A DNA stretch of 64,000 nt from Rhodothermales bacterium (GCA_965248175.1 OZ252093.1:2429449-2493448), one strand, 5' to 3'; shown: positions 40,410 through 52,669, counted from the stretch's first letter. Made by a program: numbers and translations. Notes: generated by a model from the sequence alone, not told the origin.

Positions 40410-41381
40410 CTACGCGGGCTGCTGCACGCGCACGCTGTGCTCCACCATATCGACGACACCTGTATCGTTCACTTCGGCTACCACCCCATCGGCCTTGACA
40501 CGCTCGGATATGCTTGCGGCCAGCATGGCGTCCCGTATCAAGACGGCTTGTTCCGCGGAAGGCGCAAGGGCAAACATAGCCGGCCCCGAACCGGTCAGCG
40601 CACACCCGAACGCACCGGCCTCGAGCGCTGCGCTCCGCACGGCATGATAACAGGGCACCAGGGAAGCACGCACCGGCTCTACGAGGCGATCCCGCATCAT
40701 GCACTGCCCAACGGTTTCCCAATCGCCGCACCGGTACGCATCCACCAGAAACGCCAGCTCGGAAGCATTGCCGGCGGCGTCCTTGAGCGGCACGCGGTCC
40801 GGCAACATTTCGCGGGCCTTCTTGGTGAGCACCTGCACCGCCGGAAGAATAAGAGCAATATGAAGCGAACCGGGCAGTTCTATACGCCGGTAGCGAGAAG
40901 CATCGCTCGACGAAACCAGAATGAGCCCCCCCAGTAGCGCGGGAAGCGCATTATCCCCATGCCGCCCGCCGGAAGCGATGTCTTCGGCCTCGAGTACGGC
41001 TTCGATAAGAGCCTCCTTTCCGAAAGGCCGCCCGAAGAGCATGTTCACGGCCCAGGCGCCGGCCACGGCGCTGGCTGCAGAGCCACCGATCCCGGAGCCG
41101 AGTGGGATCCCTTTCGTGAGGGTAAGCTCGACTCCTTCGTCCGTGCCGAGCAAATCCAACACCCCCTTTGCTGCAATGACCGCCGTGTTCTTTGAGGAAT
41201 CCTCGAGTGCCTCCCAGGGTACGGCGCCCGGCTCATGCTTGAGCCGAATGCCCGGGTATTCCGTACGGCGCGCCCGAACCACATCGCCGATCCCGGAAAT
41301 GCACAAGCCGAGCGCGTCGAATCCCGGTCCGAGATTGGACAAGGAAGCCGGACCAAAAACCTCTATATGACGAAATGACAT
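40410..41381 (-). CDS. thrB: homoserine kinase
   Basis: GHMP kinase motifs NLGPGFDALG and PLGSGIGGSAAS. Confidence 0.93.
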   Translation of the reverse strand: MSFRHIEVFGPASLSNLGPGFDALGLCISGIGDVVRARRTEYPGIRLKHEPGAVPWEALEDSSKNTAVIAAKGVLDLLGTDEGVELTLTKGIPLGSGIGGSAASAVAGAWAVNMLFGRPFGKEALIEAVLEAEDIASGGRHGDNALPALLGGLILVSSSDASRYRRIELPGSLHIALILPAVQVLTKKAREMLPDRVPLKDAAGNASELAFLVDAYRCGDWETVGQCMMRDRLVEPVRASLVPCYHAVRSAALEAGAFGCALTGSGPAMFALAPSAEQAVLIRDAMLAASISERVKADGVVAEVNDTGVVDMVEHSVRVQQPA

Positions 41382-41443
41382 GTAAACCTTTGCCTTATAT
41401 TAAAGAACATAACACCTTGTAAGAGAACGGGTTATGCAACGAA

Positions 41444-42913
41444 TCATCGTATCCTTGGAAGATCACCCGCTCCCTTTTCGGGCAGCGTAGTCGCTTCCTC
41501 GCGCAGGAAAGTATCCACGCCGCGGGCCGCTTCCCGCCCTTCTGCGATGGCCCATACTACCAGCGACTGTCCCCGACGCATATCTCCCGCCGCAAACACG
41601 CCGGGACGCGACGACATGTAGTTTTCGTCCGTCCGGACATTGCCCCGTTCGTCCAGCTCGATACCCAGTTGGGCAATAACGCCGTCCGGCTCCGGCCCCA
41701 CATAGCCAACCGCAAGAAGCACGAGATCGGCCGGCCACAGGTGCTCGGAATTCGGCTGCTCTACGAATCGCATGCGCCCGGAAGCGTCCTTTTTCGGTAA
41801 CACGTTAACCGTGCGCAGTTCCTGCACGCACCCGTCGTCGCCGCTGAATTCTTTTGTCAGTACACTCCAGTGGCGATCTACTCCCTCCTCATGGGATGTG
41901 GTCGTCTGGAAAATCATGGGCATGAACGGCCAGGGCTGATGGGGCGGACGATCCTCGGGCGGCGTCGGAAGCAATTCGAATTGCGTGATGGAGTTTGCTC
42001 CCTGCCTGTTGGCGGTACCCACGCAATCGCTCCCCGTATCGCCGCCGCCTATCACAATAACGTCCTTGCCGGCAGCAGTGATCGGGGCAACATGATCCAT
42101 GGCATCGCCCGCATTGATCTTGTTCTGCCGCCAGAGATAATCCCATGCGAAATGGATGCCGGCCAACTCCCGGCCCGGAACCGGCATGTCGTGCGCCTTC
42201 GTGGCTCCCCCGGTAAGTACTACGGCGCAAAAATCGTCGAGCGCAGTTACGGGGTAATTCTTGCCCACTTCGGCATTCGTAACGAACTCGACCCCTTCCT
42301 CGCGCATCACATCGATCCGGCGATCCACAATCCATTTCTCGAGCTTGAAATCCGGGATACCGTAGCGCAGCAGCCCGCCGATGCGATCGTCCCTTTCAAA
42401 CACGGTAACCGAATGACCCGCCTTATTGAGCTGGTCGGCGGCGGCAAGCCCGGCGGGGCCCGACCCTACTACAGCCACTTTCCTGCCCGTCCTTACCGCC
42501 GGCGGACACGGCGCATACCAGTCCTCTTTCCAGGCCCTGTCGGAGATGCTTTTTTCGATCTGCTCGATCGTCACCGGTGGCTCGTTGATGCCGAGCACAC
42601 AGGCCGACTCACACGGCGCGGGACATATTCTGCCCGTAAACTCCGGAAAATTGTTCGTCGCGCGCAGCCTCCCGAACGCCGCTTCCCATTCGTCCTGGTA
42701 CACCAGGTCGTTCCAGTCCGGAATGATGTTGCCGAGCGGACACCCGGCCTGACAGAAAGGCACCCCGCAATCCATGCAACGCGCAGCCTGCCGCTTCACC
42801 TTCCGGACAGGAAGCTCCAGATACACATCGCGATAGTCGCGCTTGCGTTCCTCCACCGGGCGCCGGGGAGCCAGCTCCCGGGGGTATTCCATAAATCCCG
42901 TTATTTTACCCAT
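41444..42913 (-). CDS. gltD: glutamate synthase small subunit (NADPH)
   Basis: Start reset to MGKITGFMEYPRE (cat at 42911-42913). Fe-S Cys cluster CMDCGVPFC...GCP and the dinucleotide fold VAVVGSGPAGLAAA. Confidence 0.93.
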   Translation of the reverse strand: MGKITGFMEYPRELAPRRPVEERKRDYRDVYLELPVRKVKRQAARCMDCGVPFCQAGCPLGNIIPDWNDLVYQDEWEAAFGRLRATNNFPEFTGRICPAPCESACVLGINEPPVTIEQIEKSISDRAWKEDWYAPCPPAVRTGRKVAVVGSGPAGLAAADQLNKAGHSVTVFERDDRIGGLLRYGIPDFKLEKWIVDRRIDVMREEGVEFVTNAEVGKNYPVTALDDFCAVVLTGGATKAHDMPVPGRELAGIHFAWDYLWRQNKINAGDAMDHVAPITAAGKDVIVIGGGDTGSDCVGTANRQGANSITQFELLPTPPEDRPPHQPWPFMPMIFQTTTSHEEGVDRHWSVLTKEFSGDDGCVQELRTVNVLPKKDASGRMRFVEQPNSEHLWPADLVLLAVGYVGPEPDGVIAQLGIELDERGNVRTDENYMSSRPGVFAAGDMRRGQSLVVWAIAEGREAARGVDTFLREEATTLPEKGAGDLPRIR

Positions 42914-42941
42914 GTACTTCTGATCCCTTGCAAACTCCCGT

Positions 42942-45900
42942 CTATACGACGGCATGTTCCGGCATAATCGCCAGCCCCGCTTCTTCCTCCAGCCGGAGGA
43001 GGGCATTCCGATATTCGACCGGCATGATCTTGATGAATTCCTCCAGCGAGGCTTCCCAGTTTTCAAGAACCCATTCCGCCACGGAGCTGCCCGTAAGTCG
43101 ATAGTGTTTCTCCACCATCGCATGCAGTTCCTCCATGTCGGCAGGATCTTCCACCCTTTCGATATCCACCATCTTGCCGTTGCAACGCAACGTCCTGAAC
43201 TCCAGGGTACCGTCGAGAACGTACGCCACACCTCCGCTCATGCCCGCTGCAAAATTGCGCCCGGTGGGGCCAAGCACCACCACGCGGCCACCGGTCATAT
43301 ACTCGCACCCGTGATCGCCGAGGCCCTCGACCACAGCATGCACGCCGCTGTTGCGGACACCGAAACGTTCGCCGGCTCGTCCGCGCACGAACACTTCCCC
43401 GCTCGTGGCGCCGTACAGCGACACATTGCCGATAATGATGTTGCTATGCGCGTTGTACCCGGCATTTTCCGGCGGCTGGATAATCAGGCGAGAACCGGAA
43501 AGCCCCTTGCCGAAATAATCGTTCGCATCGCCCTTCAGATGGACGGTAATGCCTGCAGCCCCAAAGGCGAAGAAACTCTGCCCGCCGGAGCCGGTCATGT
43601 TGATACGGATCGTATCGTCAGGAAGACGCCCGCCCGGATACCGCTTGCTCACCTCGGCAGAGAGCAACGTTCCGACAGTCCGGTTGACATTCCGAATAGC
43701 GATGTCGAACTCAACCGGGGTCTTTGTTTCGAGCGCCGGACGAGCCATTTCGATCAGGCGATGATCCAGTGCCTTCTCAATGCCGTGATCCTGCTTTGTT
43801 GTATGGAACTTGCGCAGTGCTTCGGGAACCTCCGGCTTGACGAGGACCGGCGAAAGGTCCAGGTGCCTGGCTTTCCAATGATCGACATCCGAGCGAACTT
43901 TCAATCGCTGAACCTGTCCGGTCATTTCAGCCATCGTGCGGAACCCGAGGCGGGCCATGATCTTGCGCAACTCTTCCGCGACGAAGTGGAAATAATTGAT
44001 CACATCTTCCGGCTGACCCTCGAATTTCTTCCGAAGCTCCGGATCCTGTGTGGCTATACCGACAGGACACGTATTCAGGTGGCATTTACGCATCATGATG
44101 CAGCCTATCGCTACCAGCGGCGCCGTCGAGAAGCCGAATTCGTCCGCGCCCAGCAGGCACGCGATCGCCACGTCGAGCCCGGTCTTGAGTTGCCCGTCGC
44201 ATTCCACCCGAATGCGGCTCCGGAGCCCATTCCGGACAAGCACCTGATGCGTTTCGGACAGGCCAAGCTCCCAGGGTAGCCCTGCGTGCATGATGGAAGT
44301 TTGCGGAGAAGCGCCGGTCCCTCCGTCGTGGCCGGAAATCAGCACGACGTCGGCCTTGCCCTTGGCCACGCCGGCGGCGACCGTGCCTACGCCCACCTCA
44401 GAGACAAGCTTAACCGTAACCCGTGCATCCGGATTCGAATTCTTGAGATCGTGGATCAATTGCGCCAGGTCCTCGATCGAATAAATGTCGTGGTGCGGAG
44501 GCGGGGAAATGAGGCCTACATAGGGAGTCGAGTGGCGCGTCTTCGCAATCCACGGGTACACTTTTTCACCCGGCAATTGTCCGCCTTCGCCCGGCTTGGC
44601 CCCCTGGGCCATCTTGATCTGAATCTCGTCGGCACTCGTCAGGTAGTCGATGGTCACGCCAAAACGCCCCGAGGCAACCTGCTTGATCACGCTCCGCTTT
44701 TCGCTGCGGCGATCATACCGCTCCGGGTCTTCACCGCCTTCGCCGGTGTTGCTCCTGGCCCCGAGGCGATTCATGGCAATGGCAAGCGTCTCGTGGGTTT
44801 CCTTCGAAATGGACCCGTACGACATAGCGCCCGTCTTGAACCGCTTGACGATCTCCGTCCACGGCTCTACTTCATCAAGCGGTACGGGCATTGCCCCCTC
44901 TTCGTCGAGCAAAAGCAAACCGCGCAGTGTGCCGAGCTGCTGCGTCTGATCGTTGATCCGCCTGGAATACTCCTCGTAGGTAGAGGCCTCCCCGGAGCGC
45001 ACTGCTTGCTGCAGGCGAGTGATCGTCATGGGATTGAACAAATGGTGTTCCCCGTTGCGCCGCCAGAGATAACGCCCGCCCGCGTCCAAACCCTTCGAAA
45101 AAAGAAGGCGGACATCCGGCCAGGCCTGACGATGACGCATCATCGTCTCCTCGGCAATCGTATCGAGATCAATGCCGCCTATGCGACTCGCCGTGCCCGT
45201 GAAATACCGATCGATGAGATCCTGCGCCAGACCGACTGCCTCAAAGATTTGCGCGCCCCGGTAACTCTGCACCGTGGAAATACCCATCTTCGACATCACC
45301 TTCAGAACCCCCTTTCCGACCGATGCGATGTAGCCGACTCTTGCCTCTATATCGGAAATGTCTTCTCTTTCGAGCAAGCGTTCGATCACCTGCAAGGCCA
45401 GCCACGGGTTCACGGCATCGGCGCCGTACCCGATAAGCGTGCAGAAATGATGGACCTCCCGGGGCTCCCCACTTTCAACCACGATGGAAGCGCGGGTGCG
45501 AAGGCCCTTGCGAATCAGGCGATGATGTACGGCGCCGGTAGCAATCAATGCCGGAATGGGCGCCATATCCGGACCGGCAGCCCGATCCGACAACAACAGC
45601 ACAGACCAACCTTCACGCACCAGCCGCTCCGCCTCTTCGCACAAATGGTCGAGCGCCTTGCGAAGCCCCTCCCCCCCACTATCGGCTTCGAAGACAATGT
45701 CGATCTTCTGCGTCTTCAATTCCTCGATTCCCGAATTCGGGATGCGCGCAAGATCCCGATCCGACAGAATGGGCTGCTTCAGAATCAGTTTGCGGCAATG
45801 CTGTGGCGTCTCCTTGAAAAGATCGAGCTCGGCGCCCAGTTGCGTGAACAGGGACGTCACCATCTCTTCGCGGATAGCATCCAGCGGAGGGTTCGTCACT

Positions 45901-47474
45901 TGGGCAAACAACTGTCGAAAATAGTCGTACAGGAGGCGCGACTTATCCGACAGCACGGCGAGGGGCGTATCGTCTCCCATCGAACCAAGGGCTTCCTTGC
46001 CATGCAACCCCATGGGCTTCATGAGGAGGCGCTCGTCTTCGAGCGTGTAGCCGAACATTTTCTCCCGAACATGGAGTTCCTCGGGAGGATACCGGGCCGG
46101 CCTCCCGTAATCCGGCAAATCCTGCATGCGCACAGCGTGATCCCGGAGCCACTCGATGTAGGGGCGGCGGGTGGCCAGCGTTTGCTTGATCTCCTCGTCT
46201 TCAATGATCCGGTGCTCTTCCAGATCGACCAGAAACATCTTGCCGGGCTGCAAGCGCCCCTTCGATACCACGTCGGCCGGATCCGTATTGAGAACACCCG
46301 TCTCGGAGGCAAGAATGACGAGGCCGTCCTTCGTGACCGTAAACCGGGAGGGGCGCAACCCATTGCGATCGAGAATAGCGCCGATGTACCGGCCGTCCGT
46401 AAAGGGCAACACGGCCGGACCGTCCCACGGCTCTATCAAACAGGAATGGTACTCGTAAAAGGCGCGCTTCTCCTCGCTCATCTCCCGGGTGTACTCCCAG
46501 GCTTCCGGCACCAGCATCATCATGGCGTGCGGAAGCGAACGGCCCGTGAAGTACAACAGTTCGAGCGCATTATCCAGAATTGCCGAGTCGCTGGCGCCCT
46601 CGGTCAGTATGGGCAAGAGCTTCTTCATGTCCTCGCCGAAGAGCTCCGACTCGAACATCGACTGCCGCGCGTTCATCCAGTTGATATTACCCCGGAGTGT
46701 GTTGATCTCACCGTTGTGGCACAAAAAGCGGAAAGGCTGCGCCAGCGGCCATTGCGGGAGCGTATTCGTCGAAAATCGCGCATGCACCATCGCAAGTGCG
46801 CTCTTCATGCGAGGATCAACGAGGTCGGTATAAAATTGGGGCAAGTCCTCGGACAGCAACATCCCCTTATACACGATCGTGCGCGAGGATAGCGAGGAGA
46901 TATAAAATTCGCTCGCCCCCGGCATATCCGCCCCTGCTATGGTATGTTCGACCACCTTGCGAAGGACATACAGTTTGCGTTCAAACGCATCCTGATCCGC
47001 TGTTTGCTTCCCACACCCTATAAACACCTGCCAGAGTTCGGGCTGCATTTTTGCAGAGGCTTCTCCCACGGAATCCGGACAAATCGGCACGCGGCGCCAG
47101 CCAAGAAACTCTTGCCCTTCCGCCCGAACGATTTCCTCGACAGCATTCCTGCAAAATGCCTGCGCACCGGCGTCCCGGGGTAAAAAAACCATGCCGGCCG
47201 CATATTCCCCTGGCGTGCGTACGCCGGCGCCGAGTTCTTCCAGCACGGGCGCCAGGAATTCGTGCGGCGTCTGAAGAAGAATGCCCATTCCGTCGCCTGT
47301 CCGGTCATCGCATCCGCATGCCGAGCGATGTGCCAGATTGTTCAGCATTTCGAGCCCCTTCTGCACAATATCGTGGACCGGTTCGTTCTGCACATTGCAA
47401 ACGAAACCAACGCCGCACGCGTCGTGCTCGTAAAACGAGTCGTAAAGACCTTCGCGGATACGTGGAAACTGCAT
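42942..47474 (-). CDS. gltB: glutamate synthase large subunit
   Basis: 1510 aa. N-terminal amidotransferase [12 protein letters not shown]/3Fe-4S domain and C-terminal GXGXG domain. Confidence 0.97.
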   Translation of the reverse strand: MQFPRIREGLYDSFYEHDACGVGFVCNVQNEPVHDIVQKGLEMLNNLAHRSACGCDDRTGDGMGILLQTPHEFLAPVLEELGAGVRTPGEYAAGMVFLPRDAGAQAFCRNAVEEIVRAEGQEFLGWRRVPICPDSVGEASAKMQPELWQVFIGCGKQTADQDAFERKLYVLRKVVEHTIAGADMPGASEFYISSLSSRTIVYKGMLLSEDLPQFYTDLVDPRMKSALAMVHARFSTNTLPQWPLAQPFRFLCHNGEINTLRGNINWMNARQSMFESELFGEDMKKLLPILTEGASDSAILDNALELLYFTGRSLPHAMMMLVPEAWEYTREMSEEKRAFYEYHSCLIEPWDGPAVLPFTDGRYIGAILDRNGLRPSRFTVTKDGLVILASETGVLNTDPADVVSKGRLQPGKMFLVDLEEHRIIEDEEIKQTLATRRPYIEWLRDHAVRMQDLPDYGRPARYPPEELHVREKMFGYTLEDERLLMKPMGLHGKEALGSMGDDTPLAVLSDKSRLLYDYFRQLFAQVTNPPLDAIREEMVTSLFTQLGAELDLFKETPQHCRKLILKQPILSDRDLARIPNSGIEELKTQKIDIVFEADSGGEGLRKALDHLCEEAERLVREGWSVLLLSDRAAGPDMAPIPALIATGAVHHRLIRKGLRTRASIVVESGEPREVHHFCTLIGYGADAVNPWLALQVIERLLEREDISDIEARVGYIASVGKGVLKVMSKMGISTVQSYRGAQIFEAVGLAQDLIDRYFTGTASRIGGIDLDTIAEETMMRHRQAWPDVRLLFSKGLDAGGRYLWRRNGEHHLFNPMTITRLQQAVRSGEASTYEEYSRRINDQTQQLGTLRGLLLLDEEGAMPVPLDEVEPWTEIVKRFKTGAMSYGSISKETHETLAIAMNRLGARSNTGEGGEDPERYDRRSEKRSVIKQVASGRFGVTIDYLTSADEIQIKMAQGAKPGEGGQLPGEKVYPWIAKTRHSTPYVGLISPPPHHDIYSIEDLAQLIHDLKNSNPDARVTVKLVSEVGVGTVAAGVAKGKADVVLISGHDGGTGASPQTSIMHAGLPWELGLSETHQVLVRNGLRSRIRVECDGQLKTGLDVAIACLLGADEFGFSTAPLVAIGCIMMRKCHLNTCPVGIATQDPELRKKFEGQPEDVINYFHFVAEELRKIMARLGFRTMAEMTGQVQRLKVRSDVDHWKARHLDLSPVLVKPEVPEALRKFHTTKQDHGIEKALDHRLIEMARPALETKTPVEFDIAIRNVNRTVGTLLSAEVSKRYPGGRLPDDTIRINMTGSGGQSFFAFGAAGITVHLKGDANDYFGKGLSGSRLIIQPPENAGYNAHSNIIIGNVSLYGATSGEVFVRGRAGERFGVRNSGVHAVVEGLGDHGCEYMTGGRVVVLGPTGRNFAAGMSGGVAYVLDGTLEFRTLRCNGKMVDIERVEDPADMEELHAMVEKHYRLTGSSVAEWVLENWEASLEEFIKIMPVEYRNALLRLEEEAGLAIMPEHAVV

Positions 47475-47498
47475 AATGCCTCGGTACTGCGTCCTTCT

Positions 47499-49136
47499 TC
47501 AATCCTGCTGAACGAGGGTTTCCTTCATGGAGTGGATCGGCTTGGCGCCTTCTCGCATCAACGCATACCGGATACCGTCTGCGATAGCCTGCCAACTTGC
47601 TTCCAGAATGTTGATGGAAACGCCTACCGTATTCCATGTCTCGTTCCCGTTCTTATGCTCAACGAGCACGCGGACATACGCCGCCGTGCCGTCTTCGGGG
47701 CTCACCACACGCACCTTGTAATCGGCGAGATGCACCTGTTCGAGACTCGGATAAAAGGCGATCAACACGCCGCGCAATGCGTTCGACAGGGCATCTACCG
47801 GCCCCACGCCTTCGGCCACGAGCAATTCCCTTCGGCCATCAACGCGAAGCGCTACCGTCGCTTGGGTGGCATCTGCACCCGCATCGCTGAGCTCACTCTG
47901 GACCCGGAGTCGTTCCAGAGAAAAGAACTCTGCTTCCTCGCCTTGAATCTGCCGGAGCAGTAATTCGAACGAAGCTTCGGCGCCCTCGAATTCGTACCCG
48001 AGATGCTCAAGGTCCTTGATGCGCTTTACGGCGCGTGCCGCCTCGTCTGCTTTGCCCAGGTTAAGGCCCAGCTCCTTTGCCTTGTAGCGTACGTTGCTGC
48101 GCCCGGATAAATCAGACACGAGCACCCGGCGCTTGTTGCCGACCTGTTCGGGCATGAGATGCTCGTAGGCTGCCGGCTCCTTCATCACCGCCGACACATG
48201 GATGCCGCCTTTGTGGGCGAATGCGCTCCGACCCACATACGCCGACCGCCCCACCGGGTCGAGGTTCGCCACCTCGTATACGAAATGTGAGAGATCCGTG
48301 AGTTCACGCATTCTATCCGGCGCAACACACGCGTATCCGAGTTTGAGCTGGAGTCCCGGGACAATCGCGGTCAGATCCGCGTTGCCACAGCGTTCTCCGA
48401 TGCCATTGATCGTCCCCTGCACATGCCGGGCGCCGGCCTGCACCGCTATGATCGAATTGGCCGCAGCACATCCGGAGTCATTGTGCGCATGAATGCCGAG
48501 CCCTGCTTCGAATCGGCCCGCTACATCCCCCACGATCCGGCCCAGCGTGCCGGGCAGCGTGCCTCCGTTCGTATCGCACAGGGCCAACACGTCCGCACCC
48601 GCCGAAGCAGCGGCCTCCAGTGTTTCCAGCGCATAGACCCGGTCGTTCAGGTACCCGTCGAAAAAATGCTCTGCATCGTACACCACATGCTTGCCGTGCG
48701 CCTTCAGGTACTCTACGGACGAGCGGATCAGCTCAAGGTTTTCCTCCCTGGTTACGCCCAGGGCCACTTCCACATGGAGCATCCAGCTTTTGCCGAAGAG
48801 GGAAACCACCGGGGTTTCCGCCGCCAGCATGGCCTGCAGATTGGGATCGTCCTCCGGAGCGTACTGTACGCGGCGCGTGGAGCCAAAAGCACAGATGCGC
48901 GCCTGCACCCAATCCACGTCCCGCGCCAATTCGAAAAATTCCTGGTCTTTCGGATTCGAACCGGGCCAGCCCCCCTCGATGATGCCAATGCCGAAGTGAT
49001 CAAGACGTTTTGCGATCCGCAACTTGTCGCGGGCTGTCAGTGAAACGTGCTCGCCCTGTGTACCATCGCGAAGCGTGGTGTCGAAGAGCTCCACAAGGAC
49101 CGGTTCGTCGGCATGTTCTGGCATGAAGGTATCCAT
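47499..49136 (-). CDS. cimA: citramalate synthase (LeuA-family, CimA-type)
   Basis: ELFDTTLRDGTQGEHVSLT...IIEGGWPGSNPKD N-terminus and a LeuA-dimer C-terminal regulatory domain. Distinct from the leuA further upstream in the same operon. Confidence 0.8.
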   Translation of the reverse strand: MDTFMPEHADEPVLVELFDTTLRDGTQGEHVSLTARDKLRIAKRLDHFGIGIIEGGWPGSNPKDQEFFELARDVDWVQARICAFGSTRRVQYAPEDDPNLQAMLAAETPVVSLFGKSWMLHVEVALGVTREENLELIRSSVEYLKAHGKHVVYDAEHFFDGYLNDRVYALETLEAAASAGADVLALCDTNGGTLPGTLGRIVGDVAGRFEAGLGIHAHNDSGCAAANSIIAVQAGARHVQGTINGIGERCGNADLTAIVPGLQLKLGYACVAPDRMRELTDLSHFVYEVANLDPVGRSAYVGRSAFAHKGGIHVSAVMKEPAAYEHLMPEQVGNKRRVLVSDLSGRSNVRYKAKELGLNLGKADEAARAVKRIKDLEHLGYEFEGAEASFELLLRQIQGEEAEFFSLERLRVQSELSDAGADATQATVALRVDGRRELLVAEGVGPVDALSNALRGVLIAFYPSLEQVHLADYKVRVVSPEDGTAAYVRVLVEHKNGNETWNTVGVSINILEASWQAIADGIRYALMREGAKPIHSMKETLVQQD

Positions 49137-49209
49137 TTTGACTGCTGATTGCCCGTGGTGGTATCACTCATGGCGACAGCTCATAGCGGGCCACACCCTG
49201 TTCGATGCG

Positions 49210-49773
49210 TCAGGTCGGCATAAATCCAGCCTGTCTTGCGAATTCGAAGACATTGCCTGCTTTCAGTATCTCGGCCACATCCCCAAGCGGTTTGAGCAGA
49301 AATTCCTCTTCTGTCGTGCGGTTGGAAAGCTTGCCGAGCGTCGTATCGATTTCGAGGAGATCGCCCGTACGCACACGCTCGACCAGTCGCTCGATCGACT
49401 CGAATGGAACGATAAACCCTCCGTCCACCGCATTGCGGTAAAAGATGCGGGCGTAGCTTTCAGCCACAACGGCAGTGCATCCGGCTTCCTGCAACGCAAA
49501 CGGGGCATGCTCCCGCGAAGACCCGCACCCGAAGTTCGAACCGCCCACCACGATCGTATAGGCGCTCCGAAATGTATCATCCTCGGTAAACGGCCGGGTC
49601 CCGTAAGGAAGTCCTTGCTGACCCTGCGGCACGCCACTGAGCGCATAGCGCCCGTAATACTTGCGTTCTTCCGGGTCGGACAGACTGTATACCAGGTGCT
49701 CCGCCGGGATGATTTGATCCGTATCGATGGCGTCCCCTACTACGTAGGCCGCCCCCTTGATCGTCTTGTTCAT
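49210..49773 (-). CDS. leuD: 3-isopropylmalate dehydratase small subunit
   Basis: Start reset to MNKTIKGAAYVVGDAIDTDQIIP. GSNFGCGSSREHAP. ATGA overlap with the leuC stop. Confidence 0.93.
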   Translation of the reverse strand: MNKTIKGAAYVVGDAIDTDQIIPAEHLVYSLSDPEERKYYGRYALSGVPQGQQGLPYGTRPFTEDDTFRSAYTIVVGGSNFGCGSSREHAPFALQEAGCTAVVAESYARIFYRNAVDGGFIVPFESIERLVERVRTGDLLEIDTTLGKLSNRTTEEEFLLKPLGDVAEILKAGNVFEFARQAGFMPT

Positions 49774-51062
49774 ACCAGCACCTCGCGAGGATCCGTAATG
49801 ACTCCGGAAAGCGCCGAGGCCGCCACCGTGAAGGGAGACGCCAGATACACCGAAGCGTTCTTGCTGCCCATGCGTCCGGGAAAGTTCCGATTCGTGGTGG
49901 AGATCACGACTTCCGTGCCGTGTGTCCTCCCAAACGTGTCTGACGGTCCGCCGAGGCACGCTGCGCAGGAAGCCTGACCGAGTTTGCAACCGGATCGTTC
50001 GAAGATATCGTACAACGTGTCGCCTTCGACACTCGTCGTGTGTAACTGCTTGCCGATCCAGGTCGTCGCCGGCACGATGTAGGTGTCGATGACCACCTCT
50101 TGCCCCCGCAGGATGCCCGCCACCGCCACGAAATCCTCCAGCTTACCGCCGGTGCAACTACCGACGTACGCACGATCCAGGCGCGTCCCGGCAACTTCCG
50201 ACACCGTCGCCCGGTTGTCCGGGCTGTGCGGCTTCGCCACAAGCGGTTCGATGTCCTCAACGCGGTAGGTTTTGAGCGTATGATACCGGGAATCCTGATC
50301 ACCGTAGACGGGCTCAAACTCCCTATCGGTGCGCGCCCGTACATACTCGAAGGTTTTTTCGTCGGCAGGAATGATCCCGTTCTTCCCCCCCGCTTCGATC
50401 GCCATGTTCGTCAACGTCATGCGCTCGTGGACCGGCAGATCGTAGACAGCTTCTCCGTCGAATTCGAGAGCGCGGTATGTACCCCCATCCGTTCCGATGT
50501 CGCCGATGACCTGCAGGATGAGGTCCTTCGCCATCAGGTACGGCGGGAGAGACCCCTCGAACACGAATCGCATCGTTTCGGGGACCTTGAGCCAGAGCTT
50601 ACCGGTGCCCATGATCAATGCGGCGTCCGTGTTGCCCACCCCGGTCGAGAACATGCCAAATGCACCGGAAGTGCACGTGTGACTGTCCGTACCGATCAGC
50701 AGCGAACCCGGCAGGTTGAACCCTTCCTCGGCCAGCGCCATGTGGCATACGCCCTTGTAGCTCGGCGTACCCGGATCATAGTAATACGGGAGATCGTGCT
50801 CAGCGGCAAAGGCCCGGAGCAAGTCCACATTCCGGTTCGCGTGGTGGTTCTTCGTAAAGATGTAGTGATCGGGAATGATCACCAGTTTCTCCTTGTCCCA
50901 CGGCGCCGCATCGGCTCCGAATTCACGGCGGAAGATATCGATGGTCGGGGGGCCGCACACATCGTGCGTCATGAGAATGTCCACATCCACCCAGATGTTA
51001 TCCCCGGGCGCCACCCGATCCCGACCTGCGTGCCGCGCCAGTATTTTCTCTGTAATCGTCAT
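49770..51062 (-). CDS. leuC: 3-isopropylmalate dehydratase large subunit
   Basis: Aconitase-family blocks DHYIF, GTDSHT and Cys ligands (GSCTGG, SCAACLGG). 430 aa. Confidence 0.95.
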   Translation of the reverse strand: MTITEKILARHAGRDRVAPGDNIWVDVDILMTHDVCGPPTIDIFRREFGADAAPWDKEKLVIIPDHYIFTKNHHANRNVDLLRAFAAEHDLPYYYDPGTPSYKGVCHMALAEEGFNLPGSLLIGTDSHTCTSGAFGMFSTGVGNTDAALIMGTGKLWLKVPETMRFVFEGSLPPYLMAKDLILQVIGDIGTDGGTYRALEFDGEAVYDLPVHERMTLTNMAIEAGGKNGIIPADEKTFEYVRARTDREFEPVYGDQDSRYHTLKTYRVEDIEPLVAKPHSPDNRATVSEVAGTRLDRAYVGSCTGGKLEDFVAVAGILRGQEVVIDTYIVPATTWIGKQLHTTSVEGDTLYDIFERSGCKLGQASCAACLGGPSDTFGRTHGTEVVISTTNRNFPGRMGSKNASVYLASPFTVAASALSGVITDPREVLV

Positions 51063-52669
51063 GCTACGCCTCCCTCGAACGAACTCATGATGCCATTGCC
51101 GACAAAGGTCATGTTCTCCTCGTCGGATCGCCAGGTTTCCAGATTGTTGAGCGCATCGATGTAGGCATCCGCAGATGCACGAATCACATCCGTATTTTGC
51201 GCCTGCCCCCTGAAAAAGGCCCCGCTCTCCCGGATGAGCACCGTCACTTCGCCAATGGCGCCGGCCCCTTCGGTAACGGATCGAATAGAGTAGCTCTCCA
51301 GGTTGTGCGAACTGCCGAGCGCATGATTGATGGCCCGATACACAGCATCCACAGGGCCGTCGCCCGTCCCCTGCGCGGTCAACCGCTCCTCAACAGGAAC
51401 ATTGAACACCTCCACCTCTGCCTTCGGCTGCTTGCCGGTGGCAACCGTAACGTACAGGTTATCGAGCCGGTAATGCTGTAAAACCGCATGCTCCGCATTC
51501 CCATGCACAAGGTGAATCAGATCCGCATCGTGGATTTCTTTCTTGCGATCCGCAAGGCGAACAAACAACTGGTAGACAACATCCTTGCGGGAATCCTCGA
51601 CATGCAGACCCATCCGCTTCAGACGGCTGAAAAAGCCGTGGCGTCCGGAATGTCGCCCCAAACGTATTTGTTCGCTCGTCTGGCCCACATCCTCCGCCTG
51701 CATGATTTCGTAGGTATCCCGGCGCTTCAGCACCCCATGCTGGTGAATGCCGGCTTCGTGGCTAAAGGCGTTGCGCCCCACAATAGCCTTGTTCGGCGGC
51801 ACCGGAAATCCCGTCGCCACCGACACCAGGCGACTTGTTTCCGTAAGGTGCGTGGCCTCAATGTCTGTGTCGACGCCGAATTGCTCGAGCCGAACACGCA
51901 GCGCCATCACTACTTCCTCCAGCGCGGCATTACCGGCCCGCTCGCCAATGCCGTTGATCGTACATTCGATCTGCCGTGCGCCCGTACACACGGCGGCGAT
52001 GGAATTGGCCACGGCTAAGCCGAGGTCGTCGTGACAGTGGGTCGAGAGCACAACATCCTTCGTCGATCGTACGCCCTTGCGAACGGTCTCGAACATGCGC
52101 GCATACTCGGTGGGTGTGCAATAGCCGGTCGTATCCGGAATGTTGATGGTGGTAGCGCCCTCCTCGATCGCCGCTGCAATCACCTCGCAAAGGAAACCGT
52201 GATCCGTGCGCCCCGCGTCCTCTGCGCTGAACTCTATATCGTCGGTATACGTCCGCGCCAGTTGCACGGCTTCGCGAGCCATCCGCACGACGCTCTGGCG
52301 TTTCTCGGGCAACGTCTTCCCGTACTTGTTGCTGCCAAACTTTGCATCTATGTGAATGTCGCTGGTGGCGATGAACGTATGAATCCGCGTGCGTTTCCCT
52401 CCGATCAGCGACTTGCCGGCGGCATGCACATCGTCTTCGAGTGCACGGGCAAGCGCGCAGATCACGGGGCCCTGCACGTCGCGCACGATGCTCGCCACGG
52501 CCTCGAACTGGGCCGGAGACGAAATCGGAAAGCCGGCTTCGATCACACCCACGTTCAGTTTTACGAGTTGCCGGGCGATGCGGACCTTCTCATGGATCGT
52601 CATGGACGCTCCCGGCGCTTGCTCGCCGTCACGCAACGTCGTATCGAATATGGTTACTTTGTCTTTCAT
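51059..52669 (-). CDS. leuA: 2-isopropylmalate synthase
   Basis: IFDTTLRDGEQAPG, HCHDDLGLAVANS and a C-terminal LeuA allosteric domain. Confidence 0.93.
   Translation of the reverse strand: MKDKVTIFDTTLRDGEQAPGASMTIHEKVRIARQLVKLNVGVIEAGFPISSPAQFEAVASIVRDVQGPVICALARALEDDVHAAGKSLIGGKRTRIHTFIATSDIHIDAKFGSNKYGKTLPEKRQSVVRMAREAVQLARTYTDDIEFSAEDAGRTDHGFLCEVIAAAIEEGATTINIPDTTGYCTPTEYARMFETVRKGVRSTKDVVLSTHCHDDLGLAVANSIAAVCTGARQIECTINGIGERAGNAALEEVVMALRVRLEQFGVDTDIEATHLTETSRLVSVATGFPVPPNKAIVGRNAFSHEAGIHQHGVLKRRDTYEIMQAEDVGQTSEQIRLGRHSGRHGFFSRLKRMGLHVEDSRKDVVYQLFVRLADRKKEIHDADLIHLVHGNAEHAVLQHYRLDNLYVTVATGKQPKAEVEVFNVPVEERLTAQGTGDGPVDAVYRAINHALGSSHNLESYSIRSVTEGAGAIGEVTVLIRESGAFFRGQAQNTDVIRASADAYIDALNNLETWRSDEENMTFVGNGIMSSFEGGVA

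Noticed and set aside
44286-46892. Very long plus-strand ORFs antisense to real genes. Examples: the 868-aa ORF at 44286-46892, plus 24609-26168, 2992-3918, 19995-21356, 52031-53299, 53928-55100 and 59372-60439.
   Set aside because: Each lies entirely opposite a gene with unmistakable family motifs (gltB, parC, ligA/rodZ-like and others). Their translations are Arg/Gly/Pro/His-rich low-complexity strings typical of shadow ORFs in high-GC DNA.
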